From Corallochytrium limacisporum Hawaii (Eukaryota; Protista; Pluriformea), in NCBI GenBank assembly GCA_002811645.1, contig PDIP01000021.1:186001-250000 (forward strand): 64,000 nt of DNA, in the 5' to 3' direction. Made by a program: the position numbers and the translations under genes. Every line of letters begins with the position of its first letter. Positions within the stretch are counted from its first letter, which is position 1. The notes under the pieces were generated by a model, which was not told the DNA's origin, did no database searches, and saw only the letters and a list, made by a program, of their open reading frames with translations. Positions 40,792 to 52,500 of the stretch are shown in pieces.

Positions 40792-42957
40792 ATGGCAGAG
40801 CAAATGCCCATTTTGGTGCTCACTCCAAAGGAGGAGGGCGCTTTTGAAGAGCGTACCTTATCGTTTGAAGAGGGAAGTCAGAAAGTAGGTCGGTCAATGA
40901 TGCGTTTGAAGCCGAGTGCCCGCAATGGAATCTTTACTTCCCAGGTATTGTCCAGAGCTCACGCTGAGGTTTTCTTGGATAGTGAAAATCCGTCACAAGT
41001 GTTGCTTATGGATCTGGAGTCTAGTAATGGAACATTCATCAATGGCGAGTCTCTGGAGCCCAGAGTCCCATATCCTCTAAAGAGTGGTGACGAAGTTCAG
41101 TTCGGTGTCGATGTTCTGCAAGCTGGGCGGATATCCCACAAGTGTATAAGCGCGCAAGTGACCATATATCAGGGAGGCAAAGTTGCAGGAGGGGCTGGAG
41201 CAGGAGGCGATACAGGCAGAGGTGTGAATATGCTGGTCGGTGAAAATACCATGGTCTCTGCGCTGCATGTGCGGGAGCTGCAGACTCAACTCTCTAAGAT
41301 CAGCGCTGAAAACGAACAGTTAGAGAAGGAAATTACAGGCCTTGGTGCCGCTGCAGAGGGAAAGTTTACGGAATCCCCTCTATACCAACAGTTGTTGACC
41401 TTGGTCACTACTCTTCAAGAGCGAGTCAATACCAACAAGGAACGCATGCAGGCTGTTGAAGAGTTGCTCTTAGACATCGAGCAGTACACGGATCGCCACT
41501 TCACAGCCCTGGATAATGTTGACGAGCTTACTGCGCGGATTGCCACATTAGATCAACAACTGGCACTGTACAAGGGTATGGATCGCAGTATTCTGTCCAG
41601 TTTGGCGCTGAATAAGGACCAGGAAGCCTTGCATCGATACCAACAAGACAATTTGCATCTTCGGGAGAAATTGGAGAGCCTGTTGAATGAGCGGCTTACT
41701 AAGGAACGAGATTTCTGGCTTGTGGTACAAGCGCACACAGATGCACGAATTGCTGCCGTCGAGAAAGCATCAATGCTTGAGACGCAGGTGGAAGACCTTC
41801 AAAGATCCTTCTCATCGATGAAGGACAAGCTCCGAGCAGCTGAAGAGAAGCTACAGAATTCCATCCCAAGAAAGGACATTTTCAACGCACCAGAATACCA
41901 AGCCATGGTTGAGTCAATCGAGAAGTTAGCGAAGAAGGCAGAGGAAGGCCAAGATATGGAAGTCCACTTTGGTGAAGAGCCCAAGAAGGAGGTCCAGCTT
42001 GACATTGGAAACGTTGAGCAACCGGCCCGCATCCTGCCGTCGTTGCTAACTACCAGGGCAGAAAAGGTGGAGGATGACGAACTTGAACGCGGACCATTGA
42101 CATCGCGCAGAAATGAGGAAGATGGACAAGCGGAACCCGAAATTTCTGAGGACGATCTTGCCGCCGCTCTCGACGACATGGCCAATCTGGATGGAGAGGA
42201 AGGTGCCGCGGCAGAACTCGATCAGACCATTGAGGACAATAACGGTATGGTTTCGGATGTTTCCACGGCAGTTGCAAGCATTGATTCCGAAGTCAAGGAG
42301 GAAGAAGATGCGGATGCTTTGGAAGGATCCTCACGCGATGCCAGCCAAGAAGGTGACCTTGAAGGTCGTGATCTTGCAAGCCTTAAACGGGCAGTGGAGG
42401 CAGCAACCAAGACAGCAAAGAATCTGGAAACCGAAGTCACTGCCAAGCGGAAGCGCGTTGCCAGCTTAAGCAAAGAGCTCGAGAATGTTCAGGGAAAGAA
42501 CAAAAAAGTGCAAGATGAGCTCAAAGAGTTGCGGCAGAGCAATGACCAGCTGACCCGCGATCTCAAAGCTGTCACTAAAGAACGCGACGAGCTGGCACGA
42601 AACGCAGACAACAAGGAGAAGGACCTGGCGTCGCGAGTAGAGGAAGCGGATGCCAAGTACAATAAGCTTGAACAAGAGAACAAATCGATACTTGAAGACC
42701 TAAAGCGCTGGATGGACAAGGACGTAGAGAATCGGAAGGAATTGGAAAAGGTCCAGGATGAGCTGAAGGGAGCCCTGGAAAACGAGCGCTTGAACGTGAC
42801 ATCCTCCCCATCTGTGATGCAATCTCCCAGTGAGGCTGCTGCTGCCAGGCCCAACGACGAAGAAATTGGCTTCGTCTGGCAAGCCGTTGCCTGGCCCTTC
42901 CGCATTCTTGGCACCGCTCTGCCAACTGGGCTGGTTCGTGCCATTCAACGTAGCTAG
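40792..42957 (+). CDS. SLMAP: SLMAP/Far9-Vps64-like FHA and coiled-coil protein (STRIPAK component)
   Basis: FEERTL...KVGRS...RNGIFTSQVLSRAHA...DLESSNGTFING...SGDEVQFGVDV...HKCISA matches the SLMAP FHA domain. Long coiled coils follow; AATAAA at 42962. Confidence 0.85.
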   Translation: MAEQMPILVLTPKEEGAFEERTLSFEEGSQKVGRSMMRLKPSARNGIFTSQVLSRAHAEVFLDSENPSQVLLMDLESSNGTFINGESLEPRVPYPLKSGDEVQFGVDVLQAGRISHKCISAQVTIYQGGKVAGGAGAGGDTGRGVNMLVGENTMVSALHVRELQTQLSKISAENEQLEKEITGLGAAAEGKFTESPLYQQLLTLVTTLQERVNTNKERMQAVEELLLDIEQYTDRHFTALDNVDELTARIATLDQQLALYKGMDRSILSSLALNKDQEALHRYQQDNLHLREKLESLLNERLTKERDFWLVVQAHTDARIAAVEKASMLETQVEDLQRSFSSMKDKLRAAEEKLQNSIPRKDIFNAPEYQAMVESIEKLAKKAEEGQDMEVHFGEEPKKEVQLDIGNVEQPARILPSLLTTRAEKVEDDELERGPLTSRRNEEDGQAEPEISEDDLAAALDDMANLDGEEGAAAELDQTIEDNNGMVSDVSTAVASIDSEVKEEEDADALEGSSRDASQEGDLEGRDLASLKRAVEAATKTAKNLETEVTAKRKRVASLSKELENVQGKNKKVQDELKELRQSNDQLTRDLKAVTKERDELARNADNKEKDLASRVEEADAKYNKLEQENKSILEDLKRWMDKDVENRKELEKVQDELKGALENERLNVTSSPSVMQSPSEAAAARPNDEEIGFVWQAVAWPFRILGTALPTGLVRAIQRS

Positions 42958-44122
42958 TTACAATAAATCAACTACATTCAACCTTAGTGCATCATGATCC
43001 CCATGCCAAACACCCACTTCTTCAGCACCCCAAAATATCTCATATTCGCTACAGGCGTATGCTCCCCTGCACCCATTCTTCATCCAGGGGAGGCCTTAAC
43101 TGAATGATACAATACATTTTGTGCTGTGGTAAGGAGGAATGATCAACGGAGACTGCAGGGTGGGGAGGGTGGGCAATATTTTTTTTCTCCTTCTTGGGTT
43201 GGGCCCAGACTCTTGACCTTGGGCTCATACAAACCCACTCCTCCAACCGCCCGCGAAAGTGTTTTCTTTCGGTAAACGACAGAGCCTCCCCGTTCAATGT
43301 GTCTCCCAACTATTTTCCGTTCTCATCCGCGCTCTCTTCGCCTCACTTGCGTTTTCACTCACTATTCTTAACATCCGTCGTTGGACTGGGACTGGTAGGT
43401 AGCCTTCTAATGTACTGTACTGACCTGTCAGAAGGGTCAAAGGACTTTTAATTTGCGTCATTCCCTTTAATGTTTAATGGCTTGAACACATCGTAGGAAA
43501 GCAAGGTGCCCAAGATCAGAGGTGCGGGCCATAGTAAACCAAGGAAAGGGGTGGGGGTGGGGGGTGGGAGTGGGAAGTGCTAAGAGTGGGCAGTGCAGAA
43601 GAACCTCTACAGCCAGGCAACTGGGTCCGCCCCGGGCGTTAGCCCCGCGTCTGTGGCGGTATCCGTTTCTCTGCAGACGGCTCACACGCCCTGTCACGAT
43701 TAAGGCGCGCGGTCGAAAAAAGATGAGCGAGAAAAAGCCAGTGGGTGAGGAGGGACCATCCAATGAAGCAGTGAGAATCACAGAGAGGGGTCGTGTCCAA
43801 GGTACTTAACAAAGAGCTCTGGGTAATGATTTCCCCCGGTTTTCTTTGCGGCGCCCCGTCGCCACAGGTGTTGCTTTCGAAGAACATAGCTATTGATGAT
43901 CTTTCTTAAGAGGATGCGCTGGTACGTCTCTCGTCTTGTAAATTTGGCTCCTGTGCAACCACGACCCAATTTGCATGAACGTCTGCCTATACTGGACCTG
44001 TCCCTGACCGGACCTTGGTCGCGTGTGGAACCGCGCTCATGGATGGAATGTGGAGAGCAGGGGCCGGGGGAGAGATAGGGGTGCAAATCCGACACAGGTG
44101 GGGGCTTAACTGCCCACAAGAT

Positions 44123-44146
44123 AATGAATGAATGAATGAATGAATG
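44123..44146 (+). repeat. (AATG)6 microsatellite
   Basis: Six perfect tandem copies, read directly. Confidence 0.95.
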
Positions 44147-44982
44147 AAATTGGACAGAGGCCGACTAAGGGGAGCCTGGAGATCAATGTTCTTCGGTATC
44201 AAGGAAAAATGGAAGGATGGGCAGGGGGAGGCGCTTGGGAGGAAAACTGTGTTTTTTCTCAAGCATTTTCTCTGGCTAGGAGGACCCTTAGCGGTCCAAA
44301 ATTGGATGGGGGGAGGCTGCAGATGCGCCAGGCCAAGAGACAAAAGGCACATTCAATATGAAGCGACGGCCCTCCCCCTTGAAGGGAGGGGTAGGACAAG
44401 GCCGGTGAATATTACTCTTACGAAATACCCGGGGGAAACCCCCCAGACCGTGTCATTTCATTTTCGGCCCTGTCTGGTCCAGTTTTCTCAGTACTAAAGG
44501 GCTTGTTTCTCTGGTGGAAGAAGGAATGAAAGAGATGGTTTTCCGTGCCATGGGGGTTTGTTCCTTTTTTCTGCACTTGGGTGTGAGGAAGCCAACTTAC
44601 CCGCAACTGCGCCACACACATCGTACACGACGTGAGTGTGCGGTGAGTGGATACATGGGTGTGTGGTTTTCCACCAATGGAATAGATTGGATGCCATGCT
44701 ATGTTTTGTGATACCTACTGAAATCCTCAGGGACCTATTTGAACATGGAAAGCATGTTTTGTGGCAGCTTTGTAGCAGCTGTGAACAGCAACTTTATCAA
44801 CGGTTGTAACAAATAATTCAAACGTATACAGAGTTTCTCCGAGTGGAAGAACAATATTCGTGTTCGCAACATGACCTGAAAGTATTCACCTACCAAATTT
44901 TAACTTTCAATTGAACTTTCTTATACATATAGAAAGAATTAGAGCTTGATATCATCTTATTGAGTCGGCTGCGTTCATAAAG

Positions 44983-45780
44983 ATGGGAGCCACTCAGTCA
45001 ACCAAGTCGCGTTCGCGGAGTGCCAGCACAACTCTGAGTGGGGCTGATTCTACCACTGGAGGAGTCAGCTCTACGTCTTCTAGTGTTGATACACGCTCCA
45101 GCCATCATCAACGCCATAGTGCACCGGTGCAGGGAAATGATTACGGATTACACTCGCAACAGCAAGCCGAAGCTAATGCACAAGCCATTATGAGCCTGCA
45201 GCGGGCCCTGCAGGCAAGTAACGGACAAGCCTATCTGCAGCCTAGTAGTGATGGTGGATGGACTTTGTACTCCTCGACAAATGGCAGAACTTACACAACG
45301 CATCACATATCGGGGAACGTCGTGAGCCCTCTCACCGCTGGCGGTACGAACGGGAACGCTGCCTATGGTGTATCTGGAATTACCCCTGGACGTGGCTACC
45401 CAGCACCAGGACGCCAGAATGGTGCTCGTAGTTCCGATCCGTCTGCAGAGGCACAAGCAGAGATGGCCCGCAGAATGTACCGTTACTATCGCCGTCCCCG
45501 AAAGTTCACTTGCAATTTTTGCCAGAAGACTCTCGAGATTGAGTACTACGACGAACATACAGCCAATTGTGTCAAGGCCGCAACGTACCCTTACAATGAG
45601 GAACCTGTGGGACCCGAGCTTCATGGACGAGAATGCTCCATCTGTTTTGAAGACTTTGAGAGCGGGCAGCGATTGGCGAGACTCGAATGCTTCTGCGTCT
45701 ACCACAAGAAGTGCTTAACAGAATGGTTGCAAACCCGAGCGTGCTGTCCAGAGCATCCTGATTTGGAGCCGTCAGAGTGA
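44983..45780 (+). CDS. E3 ubiquitin ligase, ZNRF1/ZNRF2 family
   Basis: N-myristoylation motif MGATQS, UBZ-type finger FTCNFC...EHTANC, and RING-H2 CSICFEDF...LARLECFCVYHKKCLTEW....CCPEHP. Confidence 0.9.
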   Translation: MGATQSTKSRSRSASTTLSGADSTTGGVSSTSSSVDTRSSHHQRHSAPVQGNDYGLHSQQQAEANAQAIMSLQRALQASNGQAYLQPSSDGGWTLYSSTNGRTYTTHHISGNVVSPLTAGGTNGNAAYGVSGITPGRGYPAPGRQNGARSSDPSAEAQAEMARRMYRYYRRPRKFTCNFCQKTLEIEYYDEHTANCVKAATYPYNEEPVGPELHGRECSICFEDFESGQRLARLECFCVYHKKCLTEWLQTRACCPEHPDLEPSE

Positions 45781-45945
45781 TGACGGGAGCCCAATCAATG
45801 CAACCCGCCATGGTTGATTGGTAAAGGCAGGAATTTTATTTAGAAACATATTCATTACATAATTTACTATATAGAATACATGATTTAATGAAGAACATGA
45901 TGCTATGAATGAACAAAAATAAGTGATAGACTGTGCTGCCCAAAT

Positions 45946-47304
45946 TTAAACAATCTGACGACTGTCCTGCATACCCATTTCCATAACACGCCATGCAGCA
46001 TCAGGGTCGTGTTCTGCCATGTCACGGACGAGAGCCATAATGTAGAAGCACTGCTCAATCTTCTCGGGATCTCCCTCCTTGACCTCACCAGTGCGGTCCT
46101 TAATCAGAGTGATCTGCTGGGTGTTGAAGGTGTAGATCAAGCAAGGACCCTGATCCATGACTTTAGCCATAGCCAGATCTACGCCACGGAGGTCCAAGAT
46201 CTTGGCGTCGACGTAGACACCCTGCTGAACACGCTGCTCTACCTGGGCGCTCACCATATTCAAGAAACCTTCCGAGCTCCACTCTCCCAGAGTGTCCAAA
46301 TCGCCCCGCAAGTATGCTTCCAGAACGGTCGGTGCAATGAAAGACTCAACTTCACGAGTGAATTTCTCCTTGTTGAACTTGGGCTCAACGCGAGCAATCT
46401 CCTCCAGGGTCTCCTTCATCTCAGATTGAGTAAACATGCCACCAAAGATTTCGGTGAAACGGTCAGTCACATCACGAGCCACCCGGACAACGGGATGATC
46501 GCTCTCATCGAACTGCATCTTCAGACCGTAGAAACGCTGGAACACCGGGTTGTTCTCTTTGAAATTTTCCCATTCCATTCGGAAGCGACTTTCCTTGTGG
46601 AGCTCAACATCAGTAGCCTCCTCATTTGCCTCAACCTTGCGCTGCTTGGCTCGTTGAGCGCGACGACTTGCTCCACGGGGACCACGATATGGAGCAGATC
46701 GAGCGGCGGCATCATCTAGCAGCTCCTGGCGAATGTAGGATAACTGGTCCTGCAGGAAAGAGAAAGCTTCCTGGTCACCGGCCTCCTTCTCGGTTCCACC
46801 GTGGTTACCTTTACCGGCTCCAGCAGATCCCGATTCACCCCCAGCCTTGGCACTGGCCTGACTAGTGCTGGCCTTAGCTTGCTCAGCAGCCTTCTTGGCA
46901 GCGTCCTTTGCCTTGTCCATACCCTCGGTTGCCTCCTTCTGCAGGGTATCCAGACGGTTCTTGATCGCGTCAGCCATGTCCCCAAATGACTTCTTGAAGT
47001 TCTCACCGGCCTTAGCTGCAGAGCCCTCGGCACCCTGGGCGAACTCCTTAGCCTTCTTTAAAGCCTCACTCTCACTCAGTTTGCCAGCCTCCGTTTCGAG
47101 GTTATTCAACTTGTCCTGCATTTCTTTATTTTTCTCGAATCCCTTTTTGGCATTGTCGACGAACTGCTTGAAGATGCTCATGGGCCGCCGGGTGCCTGTG
47201 ACTGGCACAGAGAATCTGTAGAGTCCATATGTCGAGCGAATGGCAGTGACAGCGTTCGCTTGTCCCGTACGGGTCAGCGCACCGCTTGCAACGTGTCTCA
47301 GCAT
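45946..47304 (-). CDS. TIMM44: Mitochondrial import inner membrane translocase subunit TIM44
   Basis: Presequence-like N-terminus; WENFKENNP, FDESDHPVV, VLEAYLRGDL..L.EW, KILDLRGVDL...KVMDQGP and EGDPEKI. Confidence 0.95.
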   Translation of the reverse strand: MLRHVASGALTRTGQANAVTAIRSTYGLYRFSVPVTGTRRPMSIFKQFVDNAKKGFEKNKEMQDKLNNLETEAGKLSESEALKKAKEFAQGAEGSAAKAGENFKKSFGDMADAIKNRLDTLQKEATEGMDKAKDAAKKAAEQAKASTSQASAKAGGESGSAGAGKGNHGGTEKEAGDQEAFSFLQDQLSYIRQELLDDAAARSAPYRGPRGASRRAQRAKQRKVEANEEATDVELHKESRFRMEWENFKENNPVFQRFYGLKMQFDESDHPVVRVARDVTDRFTEIFGGMFTQSEMKETLEEIARVEPKFNKEKFTREVESFIAPTVLEAYLRGDLDTLGEWSSEGFLNMVSAQVEQRVQQGVYVDAKILDLRGVDLAMAKVMDQGPCLIYTFNTQQITLIKDRTGEVKEGDPEKIEQCFYIMALVRDMAEHDPDAAWRVMEMGMQDSRQIV

Positions 47305-48755
47305 GTTTGCCAGTTTTTTGTTTGCTCTCTACAAGAATACAAACGACTACGTCATCACAGTCCTCTTTAGAACCTAGCGGCACAGATTCTTATACCCGTC
47401 TGTACCTTTGCTCTCTGAAACTTGGCGGGCCTTGTACATGTGTACTAATCAATGAATTGGACCTATCACCCCACATAATCCCCAGCCGTAACCAAAAGAC
47501 ACGAAATTGTCGGATCGTGTATCGGTGCCAGGGGCACATGACCGCCACCATCTGGCAACCCCTTTTCCAACGGGCCATCCGAGCGGGCCTCACCTGCGGC
47601 CTCCACCGGCTATGTGTCTTGGCCGTCGTTTGAAAATGTATGGGATGGGGCATCCCACTCCCCCGCCCGGCCGGGAGGGTTCTCAGGCACTAAAATGTTC
47701 CTGACCAAGTAGAAATATTTGATATACTTACGTCTATAAATAGAAACCGGATGCCCGAAGATATCAACCATCGAATACTAATTATAATATACTGAATGGT
47801 TTTGAAATTTGCTGAAGAGGCCTTCAACGTAGTATCGAGACCAACAGCCCCCTCTGTACAAGGGAAGCACGCAGCACACACACAAATTATCACACGTGTG
47901 TAAAAAGTGTGGAAAAACCAATAATTGGGCTTGGAAAGTGCAAAAACATGGTGCTTTGGGTATGGTACTTTGGCCCGGTGGCAGTGAGTGCTGAAGGCCC
48001 TACTTTGGGTATGGAGCGGGAAGAAAGAACAGTTGAAGGGATGCTCGGGCGGTACATTCAGAACTGGCAGGGCTGGGTCTGAGTTTGCTCAGGGCATGTG
48101 CGCGTCTCAAGGACTGAATAAACGGGTTCAGCAGTTTTGAGCGAAGTACTTCCTGCATCGAACCCGAGGGACAGAGGCGGGGTGGTGGGGAAATTAGTTC
48201 CTCCATTGCTGCTTTTCTTTTCGGCTTGAGACCCGCCCAGTACATTCAGTATGGTCGGGCCTCGACTCTGGGCACCACACCCCACATTTATTTCCCATTT
48301 GGCAGGGGGGTTTCTTTCGTCGGCGCACGAACGGCACAGTGGTCTGGACGGTTAAACGGCGAGTCTTTTCAATGCATTTCTGTTTCAATTGCCATGAATC
48401 GGGTATTTTGGACGACTATAGGTACCTGAATACGAAGGACATTTTTTCAATGATTTAGTAACCATAGTAGTGAAATTTTGCAACTCTGGTGAGATCTAGC
48501 CCAAAATACGGCAACGTCTGCAAGTCCAAGTAGCCGGTCTTACATTCACACGTTCGGTGACCTATCATTTGAAGGAAGAGACTCACCGACGAAGTTTTAA
48601 GGGTTGCCATTATTTTTGTAGGTCAAGTCGATTCTAATTCAAATCAGAACAGGTGTACTGAGTTGGAGCGAGGACACAAATAATTAGCTGTTCGCTGTTA
48701 CTAGTTAGCGGTTGTACCACGGGCTGTCGATATTAGCTAGACATCATCAAACAAT

Positions 48756-49538
48756 ATGCCACAAAACGAATACATTGAGCAGGCTGTCAAGGGCCACGGT
48801 AGGCGTCTTGATTATGAAGAGCGTAAGCGCAAGAAAGAGGCCCGTAAGGTTCATGAGCAGTCAGAGAAAGCAAAGAAGCTCTTCGGTTTGAAGGCTAAGC
48901 TGTATGCCAAGAAGCGCCATAGCGAGAAGGTACAGATGAAAAAGACCATCAAGGAGCATCAAGAAAAGAAGGAGAAGCAGCAGGCGGATGACAAGGTTCA
49001 GGAGGGAGCCATCCCGGCCTACCTCTTGGATCGTCAGAAGGAGACCCGTGCGAAGGTCCTTAGCAATATGGTCAAGCAGAAGCGTAAGGAGAAGGCTGGC
49101 AAATGGGATGTCCCAATTCCAAAGGTGAAGGCTGTCGGGGAGGATGAAATGTTCAAAGTAGTCGCATCCGGTAAGCGGAAGAAGAATGCATGGAAGCGTA
49201 TGGTCACGAAGGTGACCTTTGTCGGCGAAGGCTTTACGCGTAAACCGCCGAAGTACGAACGCTTTATCCGACCCATGGCCCTGCGTTTCAAGAAGGCAAA
49301 TGTCACTCATCCTGAGTTGAAGGCTACCTTCCAGCTACCTATCATTGGTGTCAAAAAGAATCCCAGCTCTCCCATGTACACGCAACTCGGCGTCATGACC
49401 AAGGGCACTATTATCGAAGTGAACGTTAGTGAACTGGGTCTGGTCACAACTACTGGTAAGGTTGTGTGGGGCAAGTATGCACAGATCACGAACAATCCTG
49501 AGAATGATGGATGCATCAACGCGATCCTCCTTGTGTAA
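48756..49538 (+). CDS. NSA2: Ribosome biogenesis protein NSA2
   Basis: MPQNEYIE...[16 protein letters not shown]...[18 protein letters not shown]...[15 protein letters not shown]. Confidence 0.98.
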   Translation: MPQNEYIEQAVKGHGRRLDYEERKRKKEARKVHEQSEKAKKLFGLKAKLYAKKRHSEKVQMKKTIKEHQEKKEKQQADDKVQEGAIPAYLLDRQKETRAKVLSNMVKQKRKEKAGKWDVPIPKVKAVGEDEMFKVVASGKRKKNAWKRMVTKVTFVGEGFTRKPPKYERFIRPMALRFKKANVTHPELKATFQLPIIGVKKNPSSPMYTQLGVMTKGTIIEVNVSELGLVTTTGKVVWGKYAQITNNPENDGCINAILLV

Positions 49539-52500
49539 CAGGGATGACGTATCTCAAATCATTTACTCTGTTCTTCCAACATCATCATTTAACACATCAT
49601 TTGGCATTTATTACATAACATAGTTCTTGGTGAAAGTCTATTTGTCGCTTCATTCACACAGCGCACCGCTGATTGTGTGCTCATCCACTTTTTCATCCGC
49701 CCCCAAAGCTATTAATTAGGTCTTCAGTTGTGATTCATCCGCTCCGCCTAGGAATCAATTGTAAGTGGCTCTTTGGCAGTCAAGACAAAGCGGACATCCA
49801 AAGGCCATCCAACGGGGTGGCGGAGAAATCAACGCTTTCTTTAAAACTCAAAACCACATCTGCTAATAGTTGCACAATAATACGGTCGCGTATCAATTCC
49901 ACGAGTACAGTACTTGGAATGGACAAACCGTGTGGGCGTGTTCGCGAGTATTCGCACCCTACGACTGGCACACCATGGCGATGTGTCCGTTGTCTTAAAG
50001 AACAAGTTCGGATCGCAGGAGTCAGATCTCCCTAGGGGACTGACGAAAACACACAGCTTCGAAAACTGGAGAGCGCAGGGCATGCTACCCTGGTTCCCGG
50101 AACCGGAGCTTCAAAGTGTGTACGTTGCTGGGTGTAGAACTTTTGTGTGTGGTGCAAAAATATGCGGTGTCGCTAGAGAAAACAGTCTATGCGCTCCAAG
50201 AATTCTGCAGCGGGCCTGCATCCAATGTCGTGATCCAGCATCGTGATGATCGCTCATGCTTTTCATAAGATATGTTTGTATGTGTACACTGCACCACCAC
50301 ACATACATGATCGTGGTTTTTCACTAACAGAACTCCGGGACAATAGCAACCGATACCACACGACGAGCACCACCTTTGACATTTTACCGCAACCATTATC
50401 GGCGTGTCCATCGAGCGGTCGCATATGGTGTGTTCAACTCCTGCTTCTTGCCATATTATCTTCGGCATTATTTACTGATGTCTGTCATTCCAACGGTCAA
50501 TCAGTCATCACAGAAATAGAGAAACCAGTGCTTCCGAGGAGTGTCAAAACTTGAATTCCTAAGGGACTGTTAGACGGGGAAGTGCGATACCTGAAGACAT
50601 GAGCCACTGTCTGTTTTGATCCTGAATATATAGAAAAGTGTGGAAAGGATCCAAGTATCCAAAGAAATCAAACCTACATATCCAAGAAGTCAAAGCTTAT
50701 CGTCGTCTGCTGATGCTGATGCTCTGCGTGAGATGCTTCGCCGCAGGTGTGTGGAGGGGTACTTCGTGGGTTACTTGCAAACAGAAACAATTAAGCTAGT
50801 ATTAAACACAGCGGCTTCTGAACAGGGCATCCAAACACTGTCCCCCAGAGCATGTCAGTACAGTCGATCTGTAGATCCCTATTCCGTCTGGCTTGCTGCG
50901 CCTTTGTCGTTTCAAGAAGGACCAAAAAGATTGTTTGGAACACAAAAGTCATTGGAATTCAAGAAGTTTTGAGGAGCAAAGCAAGCCCAAAACAAGCTGG
51001 AAACATAGCTAATGGAAGATCGTAGGAAGTGATAAAACTTAACTGCTACGTGCACAGGCCGCCACTAACAGAGTACCAATCCAAGACCGACTGTGGGGTA
51101 AGCAATGAGTTTAGTGATTGGCAGACGATGCAGTAGTTAATACATCATAAGTTCTAACCAATTCTGTCCACGGAGACTGTGGCGTGCCTCGGAAGATATG
51201 TGTATGCATCGATGGTGCCTACCGCTATCTGGTTCTCAGTGCTGCCGACGAGGTAGTAAAGGATGGTCCGTTTTGCCACAAGATTCGTATATAGTTGGTG
51301 TGTCTTGCTTACCGGAGGCGCCGAACGGGTGTGACTTGGAAACAAAAGTCCCGGACAAGAGAAGGGAGCGAACACCCAATTTGACAGCCGCAAGGTACCT
51401 ACCCGTCAGGGCCTCGGCGTATATTATGTTGATAGCGGAGACACAAGAGATGGTTTGGGCGGCACGGGCAAAGTCACATAGTGCTTGGGAAAAAATGGCG
51501 CGGGACCTTGGGAAGGCGCCAGAGTGCGGTAGACCTAAAACCCACAGGTGGGTACGGCACTTGGGGCCATATCAATAGAATGGTAAAATTACAATGAAGC
51601 GCGATGTAAGACCAACAAAACTGTCTTGTTCGGAACCCTCGCTCTATTATACGTTCATTAGTTATGAAATCAAAACGGTAGAGAAACCGCTATGACGAAT
51701 TTTCACGACATGGGTTAAGTAGTAAACGATAGGAGGTAGGGATGGGGTTGAGGGTTAACAGCATATGAGCGATGATGGCCGTTCGTAATTACGGTATGCA
51801 ATCTGTTGAAACGGTCATACGCGTAAGATTTGCATTCATACAACCGGATGTTTGATTGCGTAGTTGGCCAACTATAGAGCTGACAACTTTTCTATGACCG
51901 AGACGTACCGGACACAGGGTCCCTTCTTTTTTTATACACCAAAGACAGAAAAAACAAAGAAGGAGGCAAATTCCTATGATTGTTTCAAGGATACATACCG
52001 AAAAAGGGAGGGGAGGGAGCAGCTGGAGTGCCCTCGTATCCGAAACAGGAAAGGAGAAGGGGAGGGAGGGGGGGGGAATGGAAGGCATCGAATACACTCA
52101 CCGCCATCATCCCACACTACCGCAGTAGGAGAGATTTTCAAGCCTGCCACCGGGTAGCCAAACGATGGTCATAGCTCTATTGCTCACCCTGCAGGAAATT
52201 TTTTCCGGGCGTCAATTACATTCGCCTTTGTTCTCCGGTTCCCTCCTCCGCGATGCATCCCCACACAGACCGGTCATTTCCGTCCGGCCGTCGGGCCGTT
52301 TCGCCTTAATGCTTTTTTGGCGGTGGCTTTTTACCAATACTGTCACGCATACCAGCCAATGGGGCTCCCTGTCACTAGTGGTAGTTCTGAAAAAGTATCC
52401 TTTTTAGTCTCCAAGAGGTAAAATGTCTTTACCAGTCCAGTTCCTGCGCAGCAACAGAAGACATTAATGACAACTTTCAGATCTTGCAATGCTTCCTATT

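Noticed and set aside
44431-44444. GGGGGAAACCCCCC as an NF-kappaB site
   Set aside because: It cannot be distinguished from the general G/C-tract background of these promoters.
48150-48175. GGTTCGA on the minus strand, resembling a tRNA T-loop
   Set aside because: The flanks do not form a T-stem or cloverleaf.
51343-51356. AAAGTCCCGGAC, resembling RNase MRP CR-I (also GGGGCTTA at about 44101, resembling CR-V)
   Set aside because: Neither has a correctly spaced partner strand to form the P4 helix.
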